64,000 nt of DNA, from the NCBI GenBank assembly GCA_030390025.1, contig CM059436.1:71920001-71984000 (forward strand). The letters run 5' to 3'. The DNA comes from Squalus acanthias. Lineage: Eukaryota. Positions 25,430 to 37,789 of this stretch are shown piece by piece (positions within the stretch are counted from its first letter, which is position 1; each line of letters begins with the position of its first letter). The position numbers and the translations under genes were made by a program. The notes beneath the pieces were generated by a model. It was given only the letters and a program-made list of their open reading frames with translations, did not search any database and was not told the origin of the DNA.

Positions 25430-28400
25430 CATAGAATACACAGCACAAAAACAGGCCATTCGGCCCAACTAGTCTGTGCTGGTGTTTATGCTCCACACGA
25501 GTCTCCTCCCATTCCGTCTACCTCATCTCAGCCTGTCAGCATATCTTTCTATTCCCTTTTCTCTCATGTACTTGCCTAGTATCCATTTGAAAGCATCTAT
25601 GCTGTTTGCCTCAACCACTTCCTGTGGTAGCGAGTTCCACTCTCTGAGTAAAGACATTTCTCCTTATTTCCCTATTGGACTTATTAGTAACTATAGAATC
25701 ATCGAATCATAGAAATGTACGGCACAGAGAAGGCCATTTGGCCCATCGTGTCTGTGCTGGTCGAAAATAGTGCTATCCAGCCTAATCCCACGTTCCAGTA
25801 CTTGGTCCGTAGCCTTGTAGGTTACAGCACTTCAAGTGCATATCCAAGCACTTTTAAAATTTGATGAGGGTTTCTGCCTCTACTACTCTTTCAGGCAGTG
25901 AGTTCTAGACCCCCACCACCTTCTGGGTGAAAAAAGGTCTCCTCAACTCCCCTCTAATCCTTCTATCAATTACTTTAACTCTATGTCCCCTAGTTATTGA
26001 CCTCTCTGCTCAGGGAACTAGGTCCTTCCTATCCACTCTAACTAGACCCCTCATAATTTTATTCACCTCATTAAGTCTTCCCTCAGCCTCTTCTGTTCCA
26101 AAGAAAACAACCCAGCCTATCCAATCTTTCCTCATAGCTAAAATTCTCCAGTCCTGGCAACATCCTCGTAAATCTCCTCTGTACCCTCTACTGCAATCAC
26201 ATCTTTCCTGTAATGTGGTGACCGGAACTGTACGCAGTACTTTAGCTGTGGTCTAACTAGTATTTTATACAGTTCAAGCATAACCCCCCTGCTCTTATAT
26301 TCTATGCCTCAGCTAATAAAAGAAAGTATCCAGTATGCCTTCTTAACAACCTTAGCGACCTGTCCTGCTACCTTCAGGGATCTGTGGACATGCACTCCAC
26401 GGTCCCTCTGTACTTCTCAGTATCCTACCATTTATTGTGTATTCCCTTGCCTTGTTAGCCCTCCCCAAATGCATTACCTCACACTTCTCCAGATTGAATT
26501 CCATTTGCCACTTTTCTGCCCACCTGACCAGTCCATTGATATCTTCCTGCAGTCTACAGCTTTCTTCCTCACTATCAACCACACGGCCAATTTTTGTATC
26601 ATCTTCAAACTTCTTAATCATCCCCCTACATTCGAAGTCTAAGGGGGAAAAATTCGGTTGCTTTGCGCCTCCCATTAGCACCCTAAGAGGGTGCTAATGG
26701 GGTGTAAAGCAACTGGCGCCCGGGCGCGGCGATGTTTGCACTGCTCGCAAAATTGACCAGACATTTTGCGGCAGCGCTAAACACTACCGCCACGATCTCC
26801 TGCACCCGCAGATCGTGATGTCAGTCGAGTGTGCAACGTCCCGGTAGCGCCCCGGACCGGATATTGAGTGGCGCCCCCTGCCTTACCGCCTGCCGCTAGC
26901 AACAACAGGTTGAGGGGAATGTTTTGCAGTCGGGAAGGGACTGGGAGAGCGCTATTTAAAGGCGGCCGCATCCTGCCTTTTTTTGTCGGCGACATTTTTG
27001 CACCACGCATTCTGAGAGAGAGAGAGATACTTCTGGAGAGATTCAACACTGTGTGAAGGAGTTTTGGGTACTGAGCAGCACTTTGCAGGTTCATTTTGAT
27101 TTGACCTTCTTTGCATCGATTTAGAAGAGACTATGGGGCTGCACTCTGGGCTCTTTCCCTGGGTCTCCCCATTGTTCTTTCCAGCAGATTTGATGCACAG
27201 TCTCTCCAGGCCGAGATTCAAGGCTGCAATGAGCAGGGTGTGGATGGAGAGCAAGATCGACCCTCCCCTTTAAGAACTGGCCGGTGCCAGTGTGTCTGTG
27301 TTCCATTGCTGACTGACATCACATGAGCTTCGCCAGCGCTCTGAGTTAGCGCCTCACCCCTCGGCGTTAGTGCCTTAAGAGAGGTGTGTAGCGCCTGATT
27401 TAGTGCTCCAATCACCTCCAGGGGCGATAGAAGCCAAGTTTGCAGTCGGAGGCGATAATTAGCGCCAGGCGCCAAACTTTGCGCCCGGCCGATAATTGCG
27501 CCCCAAACGGGGCGATACCGAATTTCTCCCCCTAAATCATTGATATATATCACAAAAAGCAAGGGACCCAGTACTGAGCCCTGTGGAACCCCACTGGAAA
27601 CAGCCTTCCAGTCACAAAAACATCCGTTGATCATTATTACCCTTTGCTTCCTGCCACTGAGCCAGTTTTGGATCCAACTTGTCACTTTCCCTTGGATCCC
27701 ATGGGCTTCTACTTTTCTGACCAGTCTACCATGTGGGATCTTGTCAAAAGCCTTGCTAAAATCCATGTCGACTACATCAAATGCACTACCCTCATCGACC
27801 CTCCTAGTTACCTCCTCACAAAATTCAATCAAGTTATTCAGACACGACCTTCCCTTAACAAATCCATGCTGACTGTCCTTGATTGCTCTGTGCCTTTCTA
27901 AATGACAATTAATACTGTCCCTCAGAACTTTTTCCAATAATTTTCCCAACACTGAGGTTAGGCCTGACTGGCCTGTAATTACTCAATCTATCCCTTTCTA
28001 CCTTTTTAAACAACTGTACAACCTTAGCAGTCCTCCAGTCCTCCGGCAGCACACCTGTAGCCAGAGAGGTTTGGAAAATGATGGTCAGAGCCTCCTCTAT
28101 TTCCTCCCTTGCTTCTCTTAACAGCCTAGGATACATTTCATCCGGGCCTGGCGATTTATCTACTTTCAAAGATGCTAAACCCCATAAAATTTCCTCTTGT
28201 ATTTATGGCCCCTAGGTTTGGATTCTCCCACAAGTGGAAACATTCTCTCCACATCTACCCTGTCCAACCTATTCATATTTTTAAAGACCTCTATCAGGTC
28301 ACCTCTAAGTCTTTTGTAAAGTAAAACGGCCCCACCTGTTCAATCTTAACTGATAGCTGTAATCTCTCAGTTCCGGTACCATCCTTGTAAATCTTTTTTG

Positions 28401-28580
28401 CAATTTCTCCTGTGCTTCTATGTCCTTTTAATAGTATGGAGACCAGAACTGTGCACAGTGCTATAAGTGTGACCTGACCAGGGTCCTATACAAGCTTAGC
28501 ATAACTTCACTACTTTTGAATTCTATACCCCTAGAAATAAATTCCAGTGTTTTGTTAGTATTTTTAATTGTTTTGCTGCT
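25430..28580 (-). mobile_element. Nested CR1 LINEs (inner copy about 25693-28195)
   Basis: [62 protein letters not shown]; the outer copy resumes after about 28195. Confidence 0.9.
26643..27532. mobile_element. Harbinger MITE, 890 bp
   Basis: TIRs GGGGGAAAAATTCGGT / GGGGGAGAAATTCGGT; exact TAA TSD; removal restores the CR1 frame IYINDLDFEC. Confidence 0.9.
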
Positions 28581-29493
28581 TTTACGTGCAACAGGGTAGA
28601 TAGTTTTTCCTTAATTTTACAAGTCTCTGCCGGCAGTCCAGAGCTTGACTGGAGCTGGGAATGTGCCACTAAATCAGGGGCACAAACCTTGTGCACTCAA
28701 TTTGCACGGTGCTGAATTTTGCAACCTGGGAGTTTGCTGGGTGAGATGAGGTTGTGCTTCAGGCAAGCATATGCTTCACTTAAATGAAATCATTAATTAA
28801 ATTAGGTACTCTGGGGAATTCGACTCAACTGCAAATGGACACAACGATACTTTAGTTAAGACTTGTAAAACTTAACACATTACAGTACATGAGCGATAGT
28901 TTACAGAACCAAGCAGAAAGTATATCACCCTTCTGTCCTGGATAGAAGTGTAGCTGAGATTTGTTCCGGCTTCAATAACAGGATACAGTTTGCTGACTTT
29001 ACTGTTCTCCACACAATAGCGGCTAACTATGTTAGTTAGTTACTTATAAATGCTATCACCAAACCTTCAAGCAAATTAACCCTTTCTTACAGTACCTTGC
29101 TGAAATTCATGTCTTTTGAATGAGCTTTGCCCCCAGCATGTTCCTTGCTCATCTAAAATGAGTACATAGGAACAGGATTAGGCCATTTAGCCCCTCGAGC
29201 CTGTTCCGCTTGCCTGGTTTCTCCACTGGTCTGCTCTGCTTGAAGTATAATCCTTAAAGGAAGGTAGCAGTATTAGAGTAAGTGGTGATGTGTTTTTATC
29301 CACTTTTGCATTTAATATTTAGCACCGTTTTTTTTTGCCCAGTTGTCCATTTCTGCATTTTTACAAAACACTTCACCTTGCCAGACAAGACTTTGCTCAG
29401 TCTTTGCAACTGTTGCTACAATACAAGTTGCAGCTAACAAGCTTGTGAAGATGGGAATCCCTTTGGGTGTTTCCAATCTGCTGCATGAATTAT

Positions 29494-29950
29494 AAAGAAA
29501 GATTTCTATAGGGCCTTTCATGATCTCAGGACATCCCAAAGCGCTTTACAACCAATGAAGTACTATTGAAGTGTAATCACTGTTGTAACATAGGGAACCC
29601 GGCAGCCAATTTGCACACAGCAAGGTTCCACAAACAAACGTGACAATGACCAGATAATCTGTTTTAGTGATGCTGATTGCGGGATAAATATTGGCCAGGA
29701 CACCAGGGATAACTCCGCTGTTCTTCTTCTAAATAGTGCCATAGGATCTTTTCTATCCACCTGAGAGAGCAGACGGGACCTCGGTTTAACGTCTAATCCA
29801 AAAGACGGCTTCTCCGACAGTGTTGCACTCCCTCAGCACTGCACTGGATTGTCAGCCTAGATTTTTGCACTCAAGTCTCTGGAGTGGACTCAAACCCACA
29901 ACCTCCTGAATCAGAGGCAAGAGTGCTACCCACTGAACCATGGCTGACAC
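29494..29950 (-). mobile_element. Full-length SacSINE1-like SINE
   Basis: Reverse complement of the 7680 copy. Confidence 0.9.
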
Positions 29951-29999
29951 ATTACGCGAGGAAGACAATTTCATGAAGGGGACAATGTCTTCAGGTTCA

Positions 30000-30590
30000 A
30001 CAACATTCCAGGCAGTACGTGCACACCCATCAATACCACACCATACCTGAGTAAGAAGTCTGTCTAAGCGGCTTCCAGAGGCCATGACTGAGCTGTCCCA
30101 ACTCTTCCAAGCCAACCTACAAACAACCTCAAGGATTGGGGCAGCTCTTTTCATGATTGTCAAGGTCACAAAGGACATTAAGTTTCCTATGCTACAGGAT
30201 CAGTCCAGATCATTACAGGGAATGTCTGCCAGAAAACTGTATAAAGCAAATGACTGAAGCTATATTTCTCAGGGGAAACACCTTCAAAACTTTCCCAGTG
30301 GAAAGGACATGCCAATTGGGGAGGGTTCAGAACCTTCACCACCTGGCAAGCTGCCCAAGAGTCCAGGCCATTATAGAGGGACCATATAGATGAATTATAT
30401 AGATGGATCCTATAGATGGACCCTATAGATGGCCATCAGGGCTCAACACTTCAACTCCAATACATGAACAGGAAGGAATTCCACTCTATACGTGTTCAGG
30501 TGATATTTGACTAGAGAAACATGGTACGGCGCATTATCCAAGGAGCTTCCATGATGCTTTTATTCTTCAGCAGGCAACAGTGCCTTCATT
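30000..30590 (+). pseudogene. Decayed Harbinger transposase
   Basis: VKVT..YATGS, CIKQMTEAIF, LASCPRVQAIIEG, YMNRKEFHSIRVQVIFD and YPRSFHDAFILQQ in shifted frames. Confidence 0.75.
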
Positions 30591-30902
30591 ACCAGACCTG
30601 CTGAGTGTTTGCAGAATCTTCTGGTTTTATTTCAGATTTCCAGCAACTGCAGAAATGTTGCTCCTTGTTTAAAGCAACCATTTAATCCCTTTCAAAAATG
30701 ATCAGTTATTTTTACAGCTAGATGGCGATTTTGGGCACACATTCCACAAAGGGTTGTCCTAAAGCGCATCCTTTTTATTTACAGTTTGATGCAAGTGTTA
30801 ACTCTTTGCGAACGTTCAAAATATGTTGGGTTCCCCTCTTTTACACTGCAATCTTTCTTGCTGCATATATACTTCTTGCATAAGCTACTGCTTGAAGATA
30901 CT

Positions 30903-31171
30903 GGCCCCGATTTTAACTCCAGGTGGATTCCCTGCTCAGGCCTGAATTGAAATTACAGTCGGGTCTCAATGATGTCATCGGGCCGCAACATGCATATGTA
31001 AAGAAGGACCCTGTTGGCTCCGGGTGCGTGTCCTTGCTGCCTGCTCAGGAGAGCAGGTTAAAATTGCAAATGTTGCGATCATAGCAGCTTTTGAACAGGT
31101 AAGAGCCAGGGCGATTTTAACTGCCCAGCCTGCCAGGTTTCTGCTGAGCGAGTCGGGTTAAAATCGCCCCC
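30903..31171. mobile_element. Harbinger-type MITE
   Basis: TIRs GGCCCCGATTTTAAC / GGGGGCGATTTTAAC (rc); internal repeats of the GATTTTAAC motif. Confidence 0.65.
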
Positions 31172-31334
31172 AATAAGTGACCTTTCACCCTCTCCAGTAG
31201 CCTAAATCTTGAATTATAAGCCAAGACATTAGGATTTAGTCGTCCATAGGCATTGAAAGTCTGAGATGCAGGAATACAAGTCACTACATCTGGAGCCGAT
31301 AGGGAAACAAAGTCTGATTCAGCCAGTCACTGAA

Positions 31335-31655
31335 ACAAAGCAAAATACTGCGGATGCTGGAAATCTGAAATAAAAATAGAAAATGCTGGAAATGCGAGAT
31401 AGATTTTTGGGTACTAAGTGAATCAAGGGATATGGGGGTAGAGTGGGAAAGTGGAGTTGCGTCAAAGATCAGTCATGATCTTATAGAATGGCGGAGCAGG
31501 CTCGAAGGGCCATGTGGCCTGCTCCTGCTCCTATTTCTTATGTTCCTATGAAACAGTCAGCAGGTCAGGCAGCATCTGTGGAGAGAGAGAAAAACAGAGT
31601 CAACGTTTCAGGTCGATGACCTTTCGTCAGAACTGGAAGAACTTAAAGATTTAAA
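31335..31655 (-). mobile_element. Penelope-like terminal repeat interrupted by a CR1 tail (about 31395-31550)
   Basis: 'aaagcaaaatactgcggatgctggaaatctgaaa...' as at 43021 and 51483. Confidence 0.75.
31598..31634 (-). ncRNA. Minimal type I hammerhead ribozyme motif
   Basis: AGUU-CUGACGA-A-AGGUC AUC GACCU-GAAA-C-GUU-GACU; core intact, one G-U pair in stem I. Confidence 0.7.
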
Positions 31656-31734
31656 TCCCATCAGGAGAGAAGAGCAGAACTTCTTCAAGGTGGGCATACT
31701 TGGAAGAGAAGTAGCAGTGAATTAAACATTTAAA

Positions 31735-33530
31735 AAAATTATTTGTTTATGGGATGTGGACATCACTGGCAAGGCCAGCATTTATTGCCCATCCCTAATT
31801 GCCCTCGAGAAGGTGGTGGTGGGCCGCCTTCTTGAACCGCTGCAGTCCGTGTGGTGAAGATACTCCCACAGTGCTGTTAAGGAGGGAGTTCCAGGATTTT
31901 GACCCAGCGACGATGAAGGATCGGCGATATACTTCCAAGTCAGGATGGTGTGTGACTTGGAGGGGAACTTAGAGGTGGTGGTGTTCCCATGCATCTGCTG
32001 CCCTTGTCTTTCTAGGTGGATGAGGTCGCAGGTTTGGGAGGTGCTGCCGAAGAAGCCTTGGCGAGTTGCTGCAGTGCATCTTGTAGATGGTACACACTGC
32101 AGCCACGGTACGCCGGTGGTGGAGGGAGTGAATGTTTAAGGTGGTGGATTGGGTGCCAATCAAGTGGGCTGCTTTGTCCTGGATGGTGTCAAGCTTCTTG
32201 AATGTTATTGGAGCTGCACTCATCCAGGCAAATGGAGAGTATTCCATCACACTCCTTACTTGTGCCTTGTAGATGGTGGAAAGGCTTTGGGGAGTCAGGA
32301 GGTGAGACACTCACCGCAGAATACCTAGCCTCTGACCTGCTCTTGTTGCCACAGTATTTATGTGGCTGGTCCAGTTAAGTTTCTGGTCAATGGTGACCCC
32401 CCATTGATGGTGAGGGATTCATAGGATTACATAGGATATACGGCACAGAAACAGGCCATTTGGCCCAATCAGTCCATACTGGTGTTTATGCTCCACTTGA
32501 GCCTCCTCCCGTTTTTCCTCATCTAAATCTATCAGCATAACCCTCTATTCCCTTCTCCCTCAGATGTTTGTCCAGCCTCCCCTTAAATACATCTATACTA
32601 TTTGCTTCAACCACTCCCTGTGGTAGCGAGTTCCACATTCTCACCACTCTTTGGGTAAAGAAGTTTCTTCTGAATTCCCTATTGGATTTCTTGGTGACTA
32701 TCTTATATTGATGGCCTCTAGTTATGCTCTTCCCCACAAGTGGAAACATTCTCTCTGTGTCCACTCTATCAAACCTTTCATAATTTTATAGACCTCTATT
32801 AGATCACCCCTTAGCCTTCTTTTTTCAAGAGAAAAGAGACCCAGCCTGTTCATCCTTTCCTGATATGTATACCCTCGTATTTCTGGTATCATCCTTGTAA
32901 ATCTTCTCTGCACCCTCTCCAGTTCCTCTATATCCTTTTTATAATATGGCGACCAGAACTGTACGCAGTACTCTAAGTGTGGTCTAACCAAGGTTCGATA
33001 CAGGTTTAGCATAACTTCCCTACTTTTCAATTCTATCCCTCTATAAATAAACCCTAGTGCTTGGTTTGCATTTTTAATGGCCTTACTAACCTGTGGCGCA
33101 ACTTTCGGCAATGGTAATGTCGTTGAATGTCAAGGGGCGGTGGTTAGACCCTTGCTTGTTGGAGATAGTCATTGCCTGGCACCTGTGTGGCGCGAATGTT
33201 ACCTGCCACTTATCAGCCCGAGCCTGAACGTCGTCCAGGTCTTGTTGCATGTGGGCATGGACTGCTTCATTATCTGAGGAGTTGTGAATGGCGCTGAACA
33301 CTGTGCAGTCATCAGTGAACATCCCCATTTCTGAGCTTATGTTAGAGGGAAGGTCATTGATGAAGCAGCTGAAGATGGTTGGGCCTAGGACACTGCCCTG
33401 AGGAACTCCTGCAGCGATGTCCTGGAGCAGTGATGATTGACCTTCAACCACCACAACCATCTTCCTTTGTGCTAGGTATGACTCCAGCCAGTGGAGAGTT
33501 TTCCCCCCGATTCCCATTGACTTCAGTTTC
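31735..33530 (-). mobile_element. CR1-group LINE (second family) split by a CR1 insertion
   Basis: [26 protein letters not shown]; host sequence 'ggattc|ggcaatggt' is interrupted at 32420/33107. Confidence 0.9.
32421..33104 (-). mobile_element. CR1/HER1-like LINE 3' part
   Basis: LYRTLVRPHLEYCVQFWSP..LEKRRLRGDLIEVYKI..FFTQRVVRMWNSLP. Confidence 0.9.
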
Positions 33531-34360
33531 ACTATTAAAAACAAAGGCAAAAATACTGTGGATGCTGGAAATCGGGAACAAGAACAGAAAATGCTGGAAA
33601 CACTCAGCAGGTCAGGCAGCATCTGTGGAGAGAGAAACAGTTTCGGCCCATGCACGCATGCAGATGTCCTGAAGCATGTTCAACTATTATTAACTGGGGC
33701 TGCCATTGTAAAAATGAACAATTCTTCAACTCTACAGTTCCAGACTGTAACAGGAGTGATTTTGTTTCCCCCAACACAGCATTCCACAATTTAACCATAA
33801 ACAGCACATGGAATGTTCGAGTGCATGTGTGTGGCAGGACCCTACAGGTGTTTCTAGTAAGGGCTGCTATTACAGTTTGATTGCTAAGATTTTGGCTTTT
33901 TGCTTTGTGCAGTGTAATCCAATACAACCACATGGTTGGAAAATCAGTCTCCGAGCTTTTTAATTTTAATTGCGTCTTATGTTGACTGGGCCTGTTTAAA
34001 AGGATTCATTTATGGTGGTCTCTCCTTTCTAAATGACCTCCGCAGGGTTTCCCATTAAGCATTAACCTTAATGAGAAGACTTAAAATAACAGGAGGACCA
34101 CTTTAAAGAATAGCATAGTAAGCAGTTATAATGGTTGTTACATTTTAATGTTGCTGAAAATTGTTTCTTTTGCAAAACATGTCAGGAAATCAGTGTTTTT
34201 CCCCTAATCTGACCCAGCTTGTTCACAAGTGTATTGATAAAATCTAAGTATATATGTGTGTGTATATATATTTATATATATATAAAAAGATTAGATTTTA
34301 AATATTACATCTGAAATGCAAGAGACATGTCTCAAAAATATAATATATATAAATGTATGA

Positions 34361-35414
34361 GGGGAGAGTTTTAATGCTATCACTCCCCCAGTATGGGGGG
34401 GCGGGGGGCATTAAACTGGAGTGGGGGAATTAAGCATTGACAATTTTAAATTACAGATGGCAAGGACACCCACCGATGGGAGTCCATCTATAAATATGCA
34501 GATTGGGCTCTGATGAAGTTATTGGAGCCTGACTGCAATATTAACCTGAGTGGGGGCATATTAGTGGCCTCCCCACCAAGCTCAATCAGCCGGGAGTTGG
34601 ATCAAGAGCAAGTTCCTTTCAATTCTTTTAAGTTTTCTTGTTAGCCAGGAGGAACAGGAGTGCTGCTCTGGGACCCCCCAATAAGGAAACCTTAGGCCCT
34701 CTGCTGTCCCAGGCCAGATTGAGAGGCTGACAGGCTGCGGGCGGGTAGGCCTCAGATGTGAGGGGTCGGTCCGGGGGGGGCGGGATCCCGGGGCCGGCAT
34801 GGTCGGGGATCGGTGGGATTGGAGGGGACCGGGAGAGGGTTGGAGGATCGGCAGAGGGGGTCGGAGATACAGGCGGGGGGGTGGGGGGGGGGGCGATGGT
34901 GAGGGGGGGGGGTCAGCCAGAGCATCGGCGGGGGTGGGGTGAGAGAGGCAGGCCTCAGCATCATCAGTGGGATTGTGGGGGGTGAGGTGAGGCCTCATGG
35001 TGGGGATTGGAGACTTGGGGAGGTGATCAGAGGCCTCATGGTGGCGACGCCGATCACGGGACGTGGGTTAGGTAGGGACCCTGGATCCAGGAGGTAGGTA
35101 TAAAACCACTTATCTCCTGGATGCAGCAGTGCCCGCCTCAGTTTAATTGCTGGGTTTCACGAGTTGTATGAAACGTGTCCACGCACAGTTAAATTCAAAA
35201 TGGAGGCTAAAAAGAGGCTTCCAGCCTCATTATAATATTTAAATTGACAATCTGCCCCCTGGGAGCGGGTTTGGTTGCCCGCCACCCCCCGCTGTCCCGT
35301 TAAAACCGGAAGTGGGCGGGTTGGAGGCGGGATCAGGTCGGGAATCCCGTTTTTAACAATTTAACCGCCCCCACGCTCCAAACCCACCCATTTTTTTAGG
35401 GGAACATTCCGGCC
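34361..35414. mobile_element. Harbinger-type non-autonomous element with G-rich core
   Basis: Degenerate ends GGGGAGAGTTTT / GGCCGGAATGTT (rc); internal blocks resemble the 30903 and 46974 elements. Confidence 0.5.
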
Positions 35415-35461
35415 AATGTTTCAGGTCGATGACCTTTCGTCAGAACTGGAAAAGGTTAGAG

Positions 35462-35887
35462 ATTTATATAGCGCTTTCACGACGTCCCAAAATGCTTTAC
35501 AGCCAATGAAGTACTATTTTTGAAGTGTAGTCACTGTTGTAATGTAGGAAACGCACAGCAAGCTCCCACAAACAGCAACGTGATAATGACCAAATAGTCT
35601 GTTTTTAGTGATGTTGATTGAGGGATAAATATTAGATCAAGGACACCGGGGAGAACTCCCCTGCTCTTCTTCGAAATAGTGCCATGGGATTTTTATGTCC
35701 ACCTGAGAGAGCAGACAGGGCCTCGGTTTAATGTCTCATCTGAAAGACGGCACCTTCAGACAGTGCAGCACTCCCTCAGCACTGCACTAGGAGTGTCAGC
35801 CTAGATTTCTGAGCTCAAGTCTCTGGAGTGGGACTTTGAACCTTCTGACTCAAAGGTGAGAGTGCTACCCACTGAGCCACGGCTGAC
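35462..35887 (-). mobile_element. Full-length SacSINE1-like SINE
   Basis: Reverse complement of the 7680 copy. Confidence 0.9.
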
Positions 35888-36943
35888 CCAGCTAAGAATG
35901 TGTAATTGTTGTACTCAAAGAAGAGTTTGAACACAGAGGAGAGCCAGCTCCAGGACGGGTCAGTGATTACATGTCCCGTGGAACTGAACCATACAGAGCA
36001 GGAAATCCCAGGTTTTACCCTGCCTGGCATGTGCTGACTTAGCTGACGTCAGATAGGGACAGCCTTGGTAGTGCTACATTTAGCTTCTATGTTAGTCGAG
36101 TTGTACCTCAGTGGCTACAGGGTTGGGCGGGTAGGTGAAGAGACCCAAAATGCTGGGTTTCTGTGAAGCCACAAATGTAGACCTATATTCACTGCACAAC
36201 GTAATTTTAGGACCTTTATTACAGTAATTGAGGGAGTCAAAATAGCAAGAAATATATCACAAATAATAGAAAATTTGAACCTCACAGGGCAAAAATACAA
36301 TAAAAGAACTTATTTAAGAGAAGAGGTGCGTGTATTCTGAAAGCTGGAAAGGTCTTTCTGTGTTCACAGGATCTGCTTTCAGATTCGTTCTCAGTTAAGT
36401 TAGAAAGAAATGAGATAGGGACAGTTTTAAGGTCAATTGGTTTCAATGCAAATTTTTCATACTCTGGTGTGACATGGTTCAAGATGCCATGTCACATATC
36501 ACAGAATATGTTACCATCGCTTTGATGTGAGGCTTTTAATACCCTGGTTTTGCTTTCACAAATGGATTTGATGCTTTAGTTTAAAGGCAGAATTCTCTCA
36601 GTTACATCAAGTGGAGGGAAAATGATATGTATCACGGCAAGTTTAAGGGCTGAACAGTAAACATGCAGAGGAGGAAGCAAGAAGCAATAATGCGCCTGTG
36701 CCACCACATAAACCAGTCAAGATTTAGGTTTAACAGAAGATCAATGGCCTGTGCAGAGTATATTATCATGTCAATAAGTAGATTAATCACAGCCATATAC
36801 ATATTACAAATAGTACTTGATGTCCCAGTAAAGGTCGATAGACCCATCATACAGTCCATCCCCTTAGCAGCATTCATGTTTCGTGCATTATGTTTACCTC
36901 TTTTTCTTAATTTTTTAAAATTTTACTGTTCTCTACGTTCCAT

Positions 36944-37535
36944 TGGGGAAAAATTTGGTCGTGCCCCCTTTGGGGCGCTAACTTCGCCGGGGCGCTACTT
37001 TTAGCGCCCCAAAAAGTTAGCGCCACCGCGCCATAAATTGAGTGGTAGTGCCCCAAGCAGGAGGCGGGGCACTACTGGAAGCACTTCCCCTCCCTCTTGG
37101 GGCGCTACCATTCAATATCGTGGCGCTACGTGCAACAGCGCCACGCGCATCGGCATGTAGCATCGCGGTATTACAGGCCAACCTCTCCTGATTAAAGGGG
37201 AGGGGCCTAGCGCATCACGCACCAGGGCCCTACTGGACCACCGGGGAGCGGGGTGCTGGGAAAACAGCTCGGCACTCAAGAGGAGTGCCGGGCTGACCAA
37301 TCGCGGCCGGCACCCCGCATGAAGAAGCGGGAGGGGGCAGGTGCTGGCAGGCGGCCCAAAAAAAAAGGCCGCCCGGCACCTGCCCTTTAATTAGTGTCGC
37401 CGCGGCTACAAAAACGCCACCCTGACCCTGTCGGACATATCGTCCGGCGGTAGGTCAGGGGGCGCGACCGAAGTTTGCGGCTGGGGTGCGAGCGGGGCGC
37501 TAATGGGAGGCGCAAAGCAACCCAATTTTTCCCCC
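36944..37535. mobile_element. Harbinger MITE, 592 bp, related to 26643-27532 in opposite orientation
   Basis: rc of right end GGGGGAAAAATTGGGTTGCTTTGCGCCTCCCATTAGC nearly equals the left end at 26643; 3-bp TSD CAT. Confidence 0.85.
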
Positions 37536-37789
37536 CATGTTTCAGGCATCAGCCTTGATTGAGGTGGTGGTAGTCAGGCAAGCTGCTCTGAAACCTTGGC
37601 CAATGCAACTCTGAACCGGATGTTAACCACTCAGGTGAATGGTTGCTTTCATAATGCCTTTATTTTAAGGCAAACAACTGTACCACCCTTATTGAAGGGA
37701 AAGGAAGAGTGTAGGGATGGGAGACCATTGGGGTATTATCTGCAGCCATGGCTAACGGCACTCTTCCAGCTCTATGGACAGAAGAAGAA

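Noticed and set aside
34582-34998. Pro-rich and Gly-rich ORFs
   Set aside because: Products of G-rich low-complexity sequence inside a non-autonomous element
36211-36325. 115-nt open frame between ag and gt (TFITVIEGVKIARNISQ...)
   Set aside because: Weak polypyrimidine tract, no known family, and the length is expected by chance
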